Position numbers and translations under genes: made by a program. DNA of 64,000 bases. Origin: Eledone cirrhosa. Its lineage: Eukaryota. Every line of letters begins with the position of its first letter. Position 1 is the stretch's first letter. The notes under the pieces were generated by a model. The model was given only the letters and a program-made list of their open reading frames with translations, was not told the origin of the DNA and did no database searches. The DNA lies in NCBI GenBank assembly GCA_964016885.1, contig OZ024744.1:10478001-10542000 (forward strand). Reading direction: 5' to 3'. Positions 52,461 through 64,000 of this stretch are shown here, in pieces.

Positions 52461-55400
52461 ATATGTTGTTATACTCCAATATGTTGTTTTACTCCAATAT
52501 GTTGTGTTGTTGTACTCCAATATGTTGTGTTGTAGTACTCCAATATGTTGTGTTGTTGTAATCCAATATCTTGTGTTGTTATACTCCAATATGTTGTGTT
52601 GTTGTACTCCAATATGTTGTGTTGTTGTTCTCCAATATGTTGTGTTGTTATACTCCAATATGTTGTGTTATGATACTCCAATATGTTGTGCTGTTGTACT
52701 CCAATATGTTGTGTTGTCGTACTCCAATATGTGATGTTGTATTGTTTTTCTCCAATATGTCATGTTATACTCCAATATGTTGTGTTCGTGTACTGCAATA
52801 TGTTGTGTTATTGTACTCCAATATGTTGCGTTGTTGTACTCCAATATGTTGTGTTGTTATACTCCAATATGTCGTGTTGTTGTACTCCAATATGTTGTTT
52901 TGTTGTACTCCAATATGTCATGTTGTTGTACTCCAGTATGTCTTGTTATACTCCAATATGTCGTGTTGCTGTACTCCAATATGTCATGCTGTTGTACTCC
53001 AATATGTTTTGCTGTTGTACTCCACTGTGTTGTGTTGTTGAACTCCAATATGTTGTGTTGTTGTTCTCCAATATTTTGTGATGTTGTACTCCAATGTGTT
53101 GTGTTGTTATACTCCAATATGTTGTGTTGTTATACTCCAATATGTTGTGTTGTTATACTCCAATATGTTGTGTTGTTGTACTCCAATATGTTGTGTTGTG
53201 ATACTCCAATATGTTGTGCTGTTGTACTCCAATATGTTGAGTTGTTATACTCCAATATGTAGTGTTGTTATACTTCAATATGTTGTGTTCTTGTACTCCA
53301 ATATGCTGTGTTGTTGTACTCCAATATGTTGTGTTGTTGTACTCCAATATGTTGTGTTGTTGTACTCCAATATGTGATGTTGTTGTACTCCAATATGTCG
53401 CGTTGTTGTACTCCAATATGTTGTGTTGTTATACTCCAATATTTCGTGTTGTTTTACTCCAATATGTCATGTTGTTGTACTCCAGTATGTCTTGTTATAC
53501 TCCAATATGTCGTGTTGCTGTACTCCAATATGTCATGCTGTTGTACTCCAATATGTTTTGCTGTTGTACTCCACTGTGTTGTGTTGTTGAACTCCAATAT
53601 GTTGTGTTGTTGTTCTCCAATATTTTGTGCTGTTGTACTCCAATTTGTGTTGTTGTACTCCAATATGTTGTGTTGTTGTACTCCAATATGTTGTGTTGTT
53701 GTACTCCAATATGTTGTGTTGTTATACTCCAATATGTTGTGCTGTTGTACTCCAATATGTCGTGTTGTTGTACTCCAATATGTTTTGATGGTGTACTCCA
53801 ATATGTTGTGTTGTTGTACTCCAATCTGTTTTGATGTTGTACTCCAATATGTTGTGTTGTTGTACTCCAATATGTTGTGTAGTCGTACTCCAATATGTTG
53901 TGTTGTTGTACTCCAATATGCTGTGATGTTGTACTCCAATATGATGTGATGTTGTACTCCAATGCGTTGTGTTGTTGTACTCCAATGTGATGTGTTGTTG
54001 TACTCCAATATGTTGTGCCGTTGTACTCCAATATCTTTTATTTTTGTACTCCAATATGTTGTGTTGTTATACTCCAATATGTTGTGTTGTTATACTCCAA
54101 TATGTTGTGCTGTTGTACTCCAAATCTCGTGTTGTTATACTCCAATGTGTTGTGTTGTTATACTCCAATATGGTGTGTTGTTGTACTCCAATATGTTGTA
54201 TTGTTTTTTTCCAATATGTCATGTTATACTCCAATATGTTGTGTTCGTGTTCTCCAATATGTTGTGTTATTGTACTCCAATATGTTGCGTTGTTGTACTC
54301 CAATATGTTGTGTTGTTATACTCCAATATGTTGTGTTGTTGTACTCCAATATGTTGTCTTGTTGTACTCCAAAAGGCCATGTTATCGTACTCCAATATGT
54401 CTTGTTATACTCCAATATGTCGTATGGCTGTACTCCAATATGTCATGTTGTTGTACTCCAATATGTCTTGTTATAGTCCAATATGTCGTGTTGTTGTACT
54501 CCAATATGTCATGTAGTTGTATTCCAATATTTCGTGTTGTTGTACCCCAATATGTCGTGTTGTTTATACTCCAATATGTTTTGCTGTTGTACTCCAATAT
54601 GTTGTGTTGCTGTACTCCAATATGTTGTGTTGTTATTCTCCAATATGTTGTGCTGTTGTACTCCAATGTGTTATGTTGTTATACTCCAATATGTTGTGCT
54701 GTGCTACTCCAATATATTGTGTTGTTGTACTCCAATGTGTTGTGTTGTTATACTCCAATATGTTGTGTTGATTTACTCCAATATGTTGTGTTGTTGTACT
54801 CCAATCTGTTGTGTTGTTATACTCCAATATGTTGTGTTGTTATACTCCAATATGTTGTGTTGTTTTACTCCAATATGTTGTGTTGTTGTACTCCAATACG
54901 TTGTGTTGTTGTACTCCAATATGTTGTGTTGTTGTAATCCAATATCTTGTGTTGTTATACTCCAATATGTTGTGTTGTTCTACTCCAATATGTTGTGTTG
55001 TTATACTCCAATATGTTGTGTTGTGATACTCCAATATGTTGTGCTGTTGTACTCCAATATGTTGTGTTGTTATACTCCAATATCTTGTGTTGTTTTACTC
55101 CAATATGTTGTGTTGTTGTACTCCAATATGTTGTATTGTTGTTCTCCAATATGTCATGTTATACTCCAATAAGTTGTGTTCTTGTACTCCAATATGTTGT
55201 GTTGTTGTACTCCAATATATCATGTTGTCGTACTCCAATATGTCATGTTATACTCCAATATGTCGTTGTTATACTCCAATATGTCATGTTGTTGTACTCC
55301 AATATGTCGTATTGTTGTACTCCAATATGTTTTGATGTTGTACTCCAATATGTTGTGTTGTTGTACTCCAATATGTTGTGTTGTTGTACTCCAATATGTT

Positions 55401-58400
55401 GTGTTGTTGTACTCCAATATGTTGTGTTGTTGTACTCCAATATGTTGTGTTGTTATACTCCAATATGTTATGATGTTGTACTCCAATATATTGTGTTGTT
55501 GTACTCCAATATGTTGTGTTGTTGTATTCAATACGCTGTGTTGTTGTACTCCAATATGTTGTGTTGTTGTACTCCAATATGTAGTTGTACTCCAATATGT
55601 TGTGTTGTTGTACTCCAATATGCTGTGTTGTTATACTCCAATATGTATTGTTGTTGTAATCCAATATATTGTGTTGTTGTACTCCAATATGTTGTGTTGT
55701 TGTATTCAATACGCTGTGTTGTTGTACTCCAATATGTTGTGTTGTTGTACTCCAATATGTAGTTGTACTCCAATATGTTTTGATGTTGTACTCCAATATG
55801 TTGTGTTGTTGTACTCCAATATGTTGTGTTGTTGTACTCCAATATGTTGTGTTGTTGTATTCCAATATGTTGTGTTGTTATACTCCAATATGTTATGTTG
55901 TTGTACTCCAATATGTCATGTTGTTGTACTCCAATATGTTTTGATGTTGTACTCCAATATGTTGTGTTGTTGTACTCCAATATGTTTTGATGTTGTACTC
56001 CAATATGTTGTGTTGTTGTACTCCAATATGTTGTGTAGTCGTACTCCAATATGTTGTGTTGTTGTACTCCAATATGCTGTGATGTTGTACTCCAATATGA
56101 TGTGCTGTTGTACTCCAATGCGTTGTGTTGTTGTACTCCAATATGCTGTGTTGTTATACTCCAATATGTTGTGTTGTTATACTCCAATATGTTGTGTTGT
56201 TGTACTCCAATATGTTGTGTGGTTGTAATCCAATATCTTGTGTTGTTATACACCAATATGTTGTGCTGTTGTACTCCAATATGTTGAGTTGTTATACTCC
56301 AATATGTAGTGTTGTTATACTCCAATATTTTGTGTTGTTGTACTCCAATCTGTTGCGTTATACTCCAATATGTTGTGTTGTTATACTCCAATATGTTTTG
56401 ATGCTGTACTCCAATATGTTGTGTTGTTGTACTACAATATGTTGTGTTGTTGTACTCCAATATGTTGTGTTGTTATACTCCAATATGTTGTGCTGTTGTA
56501 CTCCAATATGTTGTGTTGTTGTACTCCAATCTGTTGTGTTGTTATACTCCAATATATTGTGTTGTTATACTCCAATATGTTGTGTTGTTTTACTCCAATA
56601 TATTGTGTTGCTGTACTCCAAAATGTTGTATTGTTGTTCTCCAATATGTCATGTTATACTCCAATAAGTTGTGTTCTTGTACTCCAATATGTTGTGTTGT
56701 TGTACTCCAATATGTTGTGTTGTTGTAGTCCAATATATCATGTTGTCGTACTCCAATATGTCATGTTATACTCCAATATGTCGTTGTTATACTCCAATAG
56801 GTCATGATGTTGTACTCCAATATGTCGTGTTGTCGTACTCCAATATGTTGTGTTGTTGTACTCCAATATGTTGTGCTGTTGTACTCCAATATGTTGTGTT
56901 GTTGTACTCCAATATGTTGTGTTGTTATACTCCAATATGTTGTGCTGTTGTACTCCAATATTTCGTGTTGTTGTACTCCAATACGTCGTGTTATACTCCA
57001 ATATGTTGTATTGTTATACTCCAATATGTTATGTTATTGTACTCCAATATGTCTTGTTGTTGTACTCCAATATGTTTTGATGTTGTACTCCAATATGTTG
57101 TGTTGTTATACTCCAATATGTTGTGTTGTTGTACTCCAATATGTTGTGTTGTGATACTCCAATATGTTGTGCTGTTGTACTCCAATATGTTGAGTTGTTA
57201 TACTCCAATATGTAGTGTTGTTATACTTCAATATGTTGTGTTGTTGTACTCCAATATGTTGTGTTGTACTCCAATATGTTATGTTGTTGTACTCCAATAT
57301 GTGATGTTGTTGTACTCCAATATGTCGCGTTGTTGTACTCCAATATGTTGTGTTGTTATACTCCAATATTTCGTGTTGTTTTACTCCAATATGTCATGTT
57401 GTTGTACTCCAGTATGTCTTGTTATACTCCAATATGTCGTGTTGCTGTACTCCAATATGTCATGCTGTTGTACTCCAATATGTTTTGCTGTTGTACTCCA
57501 CTGTGTTGTGTTGTTGAACTCCAATATGTTGTGTTGTTGTTCTCCAATATTTTGTGCTGTTGTACTCCAATTTGTGTTGTTGTACTCCAATATGTTGTGT
57601 TGTTGTACTCCAATATGTTGTGTTGTTGTACTCCAATATGTTGTGTTGTTATACTCCAATATGTTGTTCTGTTGTACTCCAATATTTCGTGTTGTTGTAC
57701 TCCAATACGTCGTGTTGTTGTACTCCAATATGTTTTGATGTTGTACTCCAATATGTTGTGTTGTTGTACTCCAATATGTTTTGATGTTGTACTCCAATAT
57801 GTTGTGCTGTTGTACTCCAATATGTGGTGTAGTCGTACTCCAATATGTTGTGTTGTTGTACTCCAATATGCTGTGATGTTGTACTCCAATATGATGTGAT
57901 GTTGTACTCCAATGTGCTGTGTTGTTGTACTCCAATGTGATCTGTTGTTGTACTTCAATATGTTGTGCCGTTATACTCCAATATTTTTTTATTTTTGTAC
58001 TCCAATATGTTGTGTTGTTATACTCCAATATGTTGTGTTGTTATACTCCAATATGTTGTGCTGTTGTACTCCAAATCTCGTGTTGTTATACTCCAATGTG
58101 TTGTGTTGTTATACTCCAATATGGTGTGTTGTTGTACTCCAATATGTTGTATTGTTTTTTTCCAATATGTCATGTTATACTCCAATATGTTGTGTTCGTA
58201 TACTCCAATATGTTGTGTTATTGTACTCCAATATGTTGCGTTGTTGTACTCCAATATGTTGTGTTGTTATACTCCAATATGTTGTGTTGTTGTACTCCAA
58301 TATGTTGTCTTGTTGTACTCCAAAAGGCCATGTTATCGTACTCCAATATGTCTTGTTATACTCCAATATGTCGTGTGGCTGTACTCCAATATGTCATGTT

Positions 58401-61400
58401 GTTGTACTCCAATATGTCTTGTTATAGTCCAATATGTCGTGTTGTTGTACTCCAATATGTTATGTAGTAGTATTCCAATATTTCGTGTTGTTGTACCCCA
58501 ATATGTCGTGTTGTTTATACTCCAATATGTTTTGCTGTTGTACTCCAATATGTTGTGTTGTTATACTCCAATATGTTGTGTTGTTGTACTCCAATATGTT
58601 GTCTTGTTGTACTCCAAAAGGCCATGTTATCGTACTCCAATATGTCTTGTTATACTCCAATATGTCGTGTGGCTGTACTCCAATATGTCATGTTGTTGTA
58701 CTCTAGTATGTCTTGTTATACTCCAATATATCGTGTTGCTGTACTCCAATATGTCATGCTGTTGTACTCCAATATGTTTTGCTGTTGTACTCCACTGTGT
58801 TGTGTTGTTGAACTCCAATATGTTGTGTTGTTGTTCTCCAATATTTTGTGCTGTTGTACTCCAATTTGTGTTGTTGTACTCCAATATGTTGTGTTGTTGT
58901 ACTCCAATATGTTGTGTTGTTGTACTCCAATATGTTGTGTTGTTATACTCCAATATGTTGTGCTGTTGTACTCCAATATTTCGTGTTGTTGTACTCCATA
59001 CGTCGTGTTGTTGTACTCCAATATGTTTTGATGTTGTACTCCAATATGTTGTGTTGTTGTACTCCAATATGTTTTGATGTTGTACTCCAATAAGTTGTGT
59101 TGTTGTACTCCAATATGTCGTGTAGTCGTACTCCAATATGTTGTGTTCTTGTACTCCAATATGCTGTGATGTTGTACTCCAATGTGATGTGATGTTGTAC
59201 TCCAATGCGCTGTGTTGTTGTACTCCAATGTGATGTGTTGTTGTACTCCAATATGTTGTGCCGTTGTACTCCAATATTTTTTTATTTTTGTACTCCAATA
59301 TGTTGTGTTGTTATACTCCAATATGTTGTGCTGTTGTACTCCAAATCTCGTGTTGTTATACTCCAATGTGTTGTGTTGTTATACTCGAATATGGTGTGTT
59401 GTTGTACTCCAATATGTTGTATTGTTTTTTTCCAATATGTCATGTTATACTCCAATATGTTGTGTTCGTGTACTCCAATATGTTGTGTTATTGTACTCCA
59501 ATATGTTGTGTTGTTATACTCCAATATGTTGTGTTGTTATACTCCAATATGTTGTGTTGTTGTACTCCAATATGTTGTCTTGTTGTACTCCAAAAGGCCA
59601 TGTTATCGTACTCCAATATGTCTTGTTATACCCCAATATGTCGTGTGGCTGTACTCCAATATGTCATGTTGTTGTACTCCAATATGTCTTGTTATAGTCC
59701 AATATGTCGTGTTGTTGTACTCCAATATGTCATGTAGTTGTATTCCAATATTTCGTGTTGTTGTACCCCAATATGTCGTGTTGTTTATACTCCAATATGT
59801 TTTGCTGTTGTACTCCAATATGTTGTGTTGCTGTACTCCAATATGTTATGTTGTTATACTCCAATATGTTGTGCTGTGCTACTCCAATATATTGTGTTGT
59901 TGTACTCCAATGTGTTGTGTTGTTATACTCCAATATGTTGTGTTGATTTACTCCAATATGTTGTGTTGTTGTACTCCAATCTGTTGTGTTGTTATACTCC
60001 AATATGTTGTGTTGTTATACTCCAATATGTTGTGTTGTTTTACTCCAATATGTTGTGTTGTTGTACTCCAATATGTTGTGTTGTTGTACTCCAATATGTT
60101 GTGTTGTTGTAATCCAATATCTTGTGTTGTTATACTCCAATATGTTGTGTTGTTGTACTCCAATATGTTGTGTTGTTATACTCCAATATGTTGTGTTGTG
60201 ATACTCCAATATGTTGTGCTGTTGTACTCCAATATGTTGTGTTGTTATACTCCAATATGTTGTGTTGTTTTACTCCAATATGTTGTGTTGTTGTACTCCA
60301 ATATGTTGTATTGTTGTTCTCCAATATGTCGTTGTTATACTCCAATATGTCATGTTGTTGTACTCCAATATGTCGTATTGTTGTACTCCAATATGTTTTG
60401 ATGTTGTACTCCAATATGTTGTGTTGTTGTACTCCAATATGTTGTGTAGTCGTACTCCAATATGTTGTATTGTTATACTCCAATATGTTGTGCTGTTGTA
60501 CTCCAATATGTTTTGATGTTGTACTCCAATATATTGTGTTGCTGTACTCCAATATGTCGTGTAGTCGTACTCCAATATGTTGTGTTGTTGTACTCCAATA
60601 TGCTGTGATGTTGTCCTCCAATATGATGTGCTGTTGTACTCCAATGCGTTGTGTTGTTGTACTCCAATATGCTGTGTTGTTATACTCCAATATGTTGTGT
60701 TGTTATACTCCAATATGTTGTGTTGGTGTAATCCAATATCTTGTGTTATTTTACTCCAATATGTTGTGTTGTTGTACTCCAATATGTTGTGTTGTTGTAC
60801 TCCAATATGTTGTGTTGTTGTAATCCAATATCTTGTGTTGTTATACTCCAATATGTTGTGCTGTTGTACTCCAATATGTTGACTTGTTATACTCCAATAT
60901 GTAGTGTTGTTATACTCCAATATGTTGTGTTGTTGTACTCCAATCTGTTGCGTTATACTCCAATATGTTGTGTTGTTATACTCCAATATGTTATGTTGTT
61001 ATACTCCAATATGTTGTGTTGTTTTACTCCAATATGTTGTATTGTTGATCTCCAATATGTCATATTATACTCCATTAAGTTGTGTTCTTGTACTCCAATA
61101 TGTTTTGTTGTTGTACTCCAATATGTTGCTTTGTTGTACTCCAATATATCATGTTGTCGTACTCCAATATGTCATGTTATACTCCAATATGTTTTGATGA
61201 TGTACTCCAATATGTTGTGTTGTTGTACTACAATATGTTGTGTTGTTATACTCCAATATGTTGTGTTGTTATACTCCAATATGTTGTGTTGTTGTACTCC
61301 AATATGTCATGTTGTTGTACTCCAGTATGTCTTGTTATACTCCAATATGTCGTGTTGCTGTACTCCAATATGTCATGCTGTTGTACTCCAATATTTCGTG

Positions 61401-64000
61401 TCGTTGTACTCCAATATGTCGTGCTTTTGTACTCCAATATGTTTTGCTGTTGTACTCCACTGTGTTGTGTTGTTGAACTCCAATATGTTGTGTTGTTGTT
61501 CTCCAATATTTTGTGATGTTGTACTCCAATGTGTTGTGTTGTTATACTCCGATATGTTGTGTTGTGATACTCCAATGTGTTGTGTTGTTGTACTCCAATA
61601 TGTTGTGTTGTTGTACTCCAATATGTTGTGTTGTTATACTCCAATGTGGTGTGCTGTTGTAATCCAATATGTTGTGTTGTACTCCAATATGTTGTGTTGT
61701 TATACTCCAATATGTAGTGTTGTTATACTCCAATATGTTATGATGTTGTACTGCAATATATTGTGTTGTTGTACTCCAATATGTCTTGTTATAGTCCAAT
61801 ATGTCGTGTTGTTGTACTCCAATATGTCATGCTGTTGTACTCCAATTTTTTCGTGTTGTTGTACCCCAATATGTCGTGTTGATTATACTACAATTTTTGT
61901 TGCTGTTGTACTCCAATATGTTGTGTTGTTGTACTCTAATATGTTGTGTTGTTATTCTCCAATATGTTGTGCTGTTGTACTCCAATGTGTTATGTTGTTA
62001 TACTCCAATATGTTGTGCTGTGATACTCCAATATGTTGTGTTGTTGTACTCCAATCTGTTGTGTTGTTATACTCCAATATGTTGTGTTGTTATACTCCAA
62101 TATGTTGTTTTACTCCAATATGTTGTGTTGTTGTACTCCAATATGTTGTGTTGTAGTACTCCAATATGTTGTGTTGTTGTAATCCAATATCTTGTGTTGT
62201 TATACTCCAATATGTTGTGTTGTTGTACTCCAATATGTTGTGTTGTTGTTCTCCAATATGTTGTGTTGTTATACTCCAATATGTTGTGTTATGATACTCC
62301 AATATGTTGTGCTGTTGTACTCCAATATGTTGTGTTGTCGTACTCCAATATGTGATGTTGTATTGTTTTTCTCCAATATGTCATGTTATACTCCAATATG
62401 TTGTGTTCGTGTACTGCAATATGTTGTGTTATTGTACTCCAATATGTTGCGTTGTTGTACTCCAATATGTTGTGTTGTTATACTCCAATATGTCGTGTTG
62501 TTGTACTCCAATATGTTGTTTTGTTGTACTCCAATATGTCATGTTGTTGTACTCCAGTATGTCTTGTTATACTCCAATATGTCGTGTTGCTGTACTCCAA
62601 TATGTCATGCTGTTGTACTCCAATATGTTTTGCTGTTGTACTCCACTGTGTTGTGTTGTTGAACTCCAATATGTTGTGTTGTTGTTCTCCAATATTTTGT
62701 GATGTTGTACTCCAATGTGTTGTGTTGTTATACTCCAATATGTTGTGTTGTTATACTCCAATATGTTGTGTTGTTATACTCCAATATGTTGTGTTGTTGT
62801 ACTCCAATATGTTGTGTTGTGATACTCCAATATGTTGTGCTGTTGTACTCCAATATGTTGAGTTGTTATACTCCAATATGTAGTGTTGTTATACTTCAAT
62901 ATGTTGTGTTGTTGTACTCCAATATGTTGTGTTGTTGTACTCCAATATGTTGTGTTGTTGTACTCCAATATGTTGTGTTGTTGTACTCCAATATGTGATG
63001 TTGTTGTACTCCAATATGTCGCGTTGTTGTACTCCAATATGTTGTGTTGTTATACTCCAATATTTCGTGTTGTTTTACTCCAATATGTCATGTTGTTGTA
63101 CTCCAGTATGTCTTGTTATACTCCAATATGTCGTGTTGCTGTACTCCAATATGTCATGTTGTTGTACTCCAATATGTTTTGCTGTTGTACTCCACTGTGT
63201 TGTGTTGTTGAACTCCAATATGTTGTGTTGTTGTTCTCCAATATTTTGTGCTGTTGTACTCCAATTTGTGTTGTTGTACTCCAATATGTTGTGTTGTTGT
63301 ACTCCAATATGTTGTGTTGTTGTACTCCAATATGTTGTGTTGTTATACTCCAATATGTTGTGATGTTGTACTCCAATATGTCGTGTTGTTGTACTCCAAT
63401 ATGTTTTGATGGTGTACTCCAATATGTTGTGTTGTTGTACTCCAATATGTTTTGATGTTGTACTCCAATATGCTGTGATGTTGTACTCCAATATGATGTG
63501 ATGTTGTACTCCAATGCGTTGTGTTGTTGTACTCCAATGTGATGTGTTGTTGTACTCCAATATGTTGTGCCGTTGTACTCCAATATCTTTTATTTTTGTA
63601 CTCCAATATGTTGTGTTGTTATACTCCAATATGTTGTGTTGTTATACTCCAATATGTTGTGCTGTTGTACTCCAAATCTCGTGTTGTTATACTCCAATGT
63701 GTTGTGTTGTTATACTCCAATATGGTGTATTGTTGTACTCCAATATGTTGTATTGTTTTTTTCCAATATGTCATGTTATACTCCAATATGTTGTGTTCGT
63801 GTTCTCCAATATGTTGTGTTATTGTACTCCAATATGTTGCGTTGTTGTACTCCAATATGTTGTGTTGTTATACTCCAATATGTTGTGTTGTTGTACTCCA
63901 ATATGTTGTCTTGTTGTACTCCAAAAGGCCATGTTATCGTACTCCAATATGTCTTGTTATACTCCAATATGTCGTATGGCTGTACTCCAATATGTCATGT

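Larger units (their letters stand above)
1..64000 (+). repeat. 23-bp tandem satellite array, consensus TACTCCAATATGTTGTGTTGTT(G/A), about 2,800 monomers, single orientation, running to both window edges
   Basis: The (T)ACTCCAATATG core recurs about every 23 nt on every line. Most monomers differ from consensus by only a few substitutions. Length variants of 15, 18, 20, 21, 22, 26 and 28 bp occur. The six-frame translations are all rotations of one 23-aa repeat per strand. Confidence 0.99.

Noticed and set aside
28-63967. Hundreds of Cys/Val/Leu-rich (+) and Thr/Asn/Gln/His-rich (-) ORFs as protein-coding genes (for example metallothionein-like, keratin-associated or mucin-like)
   Set aside because: All frames give the same rotated 23-aa repeat, the ORFs overlap in all six frames, and there are no unique domains. 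Non-triplet indels and stops are scattered without frame preservation.
1-64000. CRISPR array (23-bp repeat length is at the low end of the CRISPR range)
   Set aside because: The repeats abut directly with no unique spacers, there is no leader and there are no cas genes. The variable part is just a mutated copy of one tail.
1-64000. Telomerase-synthesised long telomeric repeat (TG-rich strand; the Candida albicans repeat is also 23 bp and contains TGTAC)
   Set aside because: The sequence does not match that repeat beyond a few bases and lacks GG runs. Variants are inherited in multi-kb blocks, which indicates recombination-based copying rather than templating from a single RNA. A subtelomeric location is not excluded.
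1-64000. Fungal RIP as the cause of frequent TG to TA variants
   Set aside because: RIP would heavily convert the CpA in CCAAT and the many TpG sites. CCAAT is largely intact and the G/A dimorphism is concentrated at a single position.
1-64000. Promoter elements (CCAAT boxes, TATA-like TTATAC/AATAT)
   Set aside because: These motifs are simply parts of the monomer and no associated gene or unique transcription unit is present.
1-64000. Embedded transposon, inversion or unique island
   Set aside because: None was seen on reading through the window. No reverse-orientation monomer (ATTGGAGTA on the + strand) and no non-satellite stretch longer than about one monomer was noticed.
1-64000. Pure sequencing or amplification artefact (rolling-circle or primer concatemer)
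   Set aside because: Complex variants are reproduced exactly in distant blocks with a nested, historically consistent pattern, which is unlike random read error. Individual large duplications could still be misassembled.

Overview
The whole 64-kb window is one uninterrupted, head-to-tail satellite array. The monomer is 23 bp, consensus TACTCCAATATGTTGTGTTGTT(G/A), about 35% GC and T/G-rich on the + strand, present in roughly 2,800 copies (64,000/23, plus shorter variants). I found no supportable genes, RNA genes, mobile elements, CRISPR spacers, unique sequence or orientation flips. The ORF track is an artefact: the consensus has no stop codon, and because 23 is not divisible by 3 every frame yields the same rotated 23-aa repeat. 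The real structure lies in the order of monomer variants, which reveals nested higher-order duplications (offsets about 0.18, 0.29, 1.2, 1.6, 2.5, 3.8, 4.0, 8.1, 9.0, 9.6, 12.0 and 21.0 kb, read mostly from matching ORF-track coordinates). It also shows two sub-domains with different variant sets meeting near 25-26 kb, recombinant (mosaic) copies, an off-register 428-bp microhomology deletion inherited by three copies, and a TG/CG/CA variant trio suggestive of methyl-CpG decay. This fits eukaryotic centromeric, pericentromeric or subtelomeric heterochromatin, but organism and function cannot be determined from the sequence, and I do not recognise the satellite family. Block boundaries are approximate (about 1-2 monomers) and counts are by eye.
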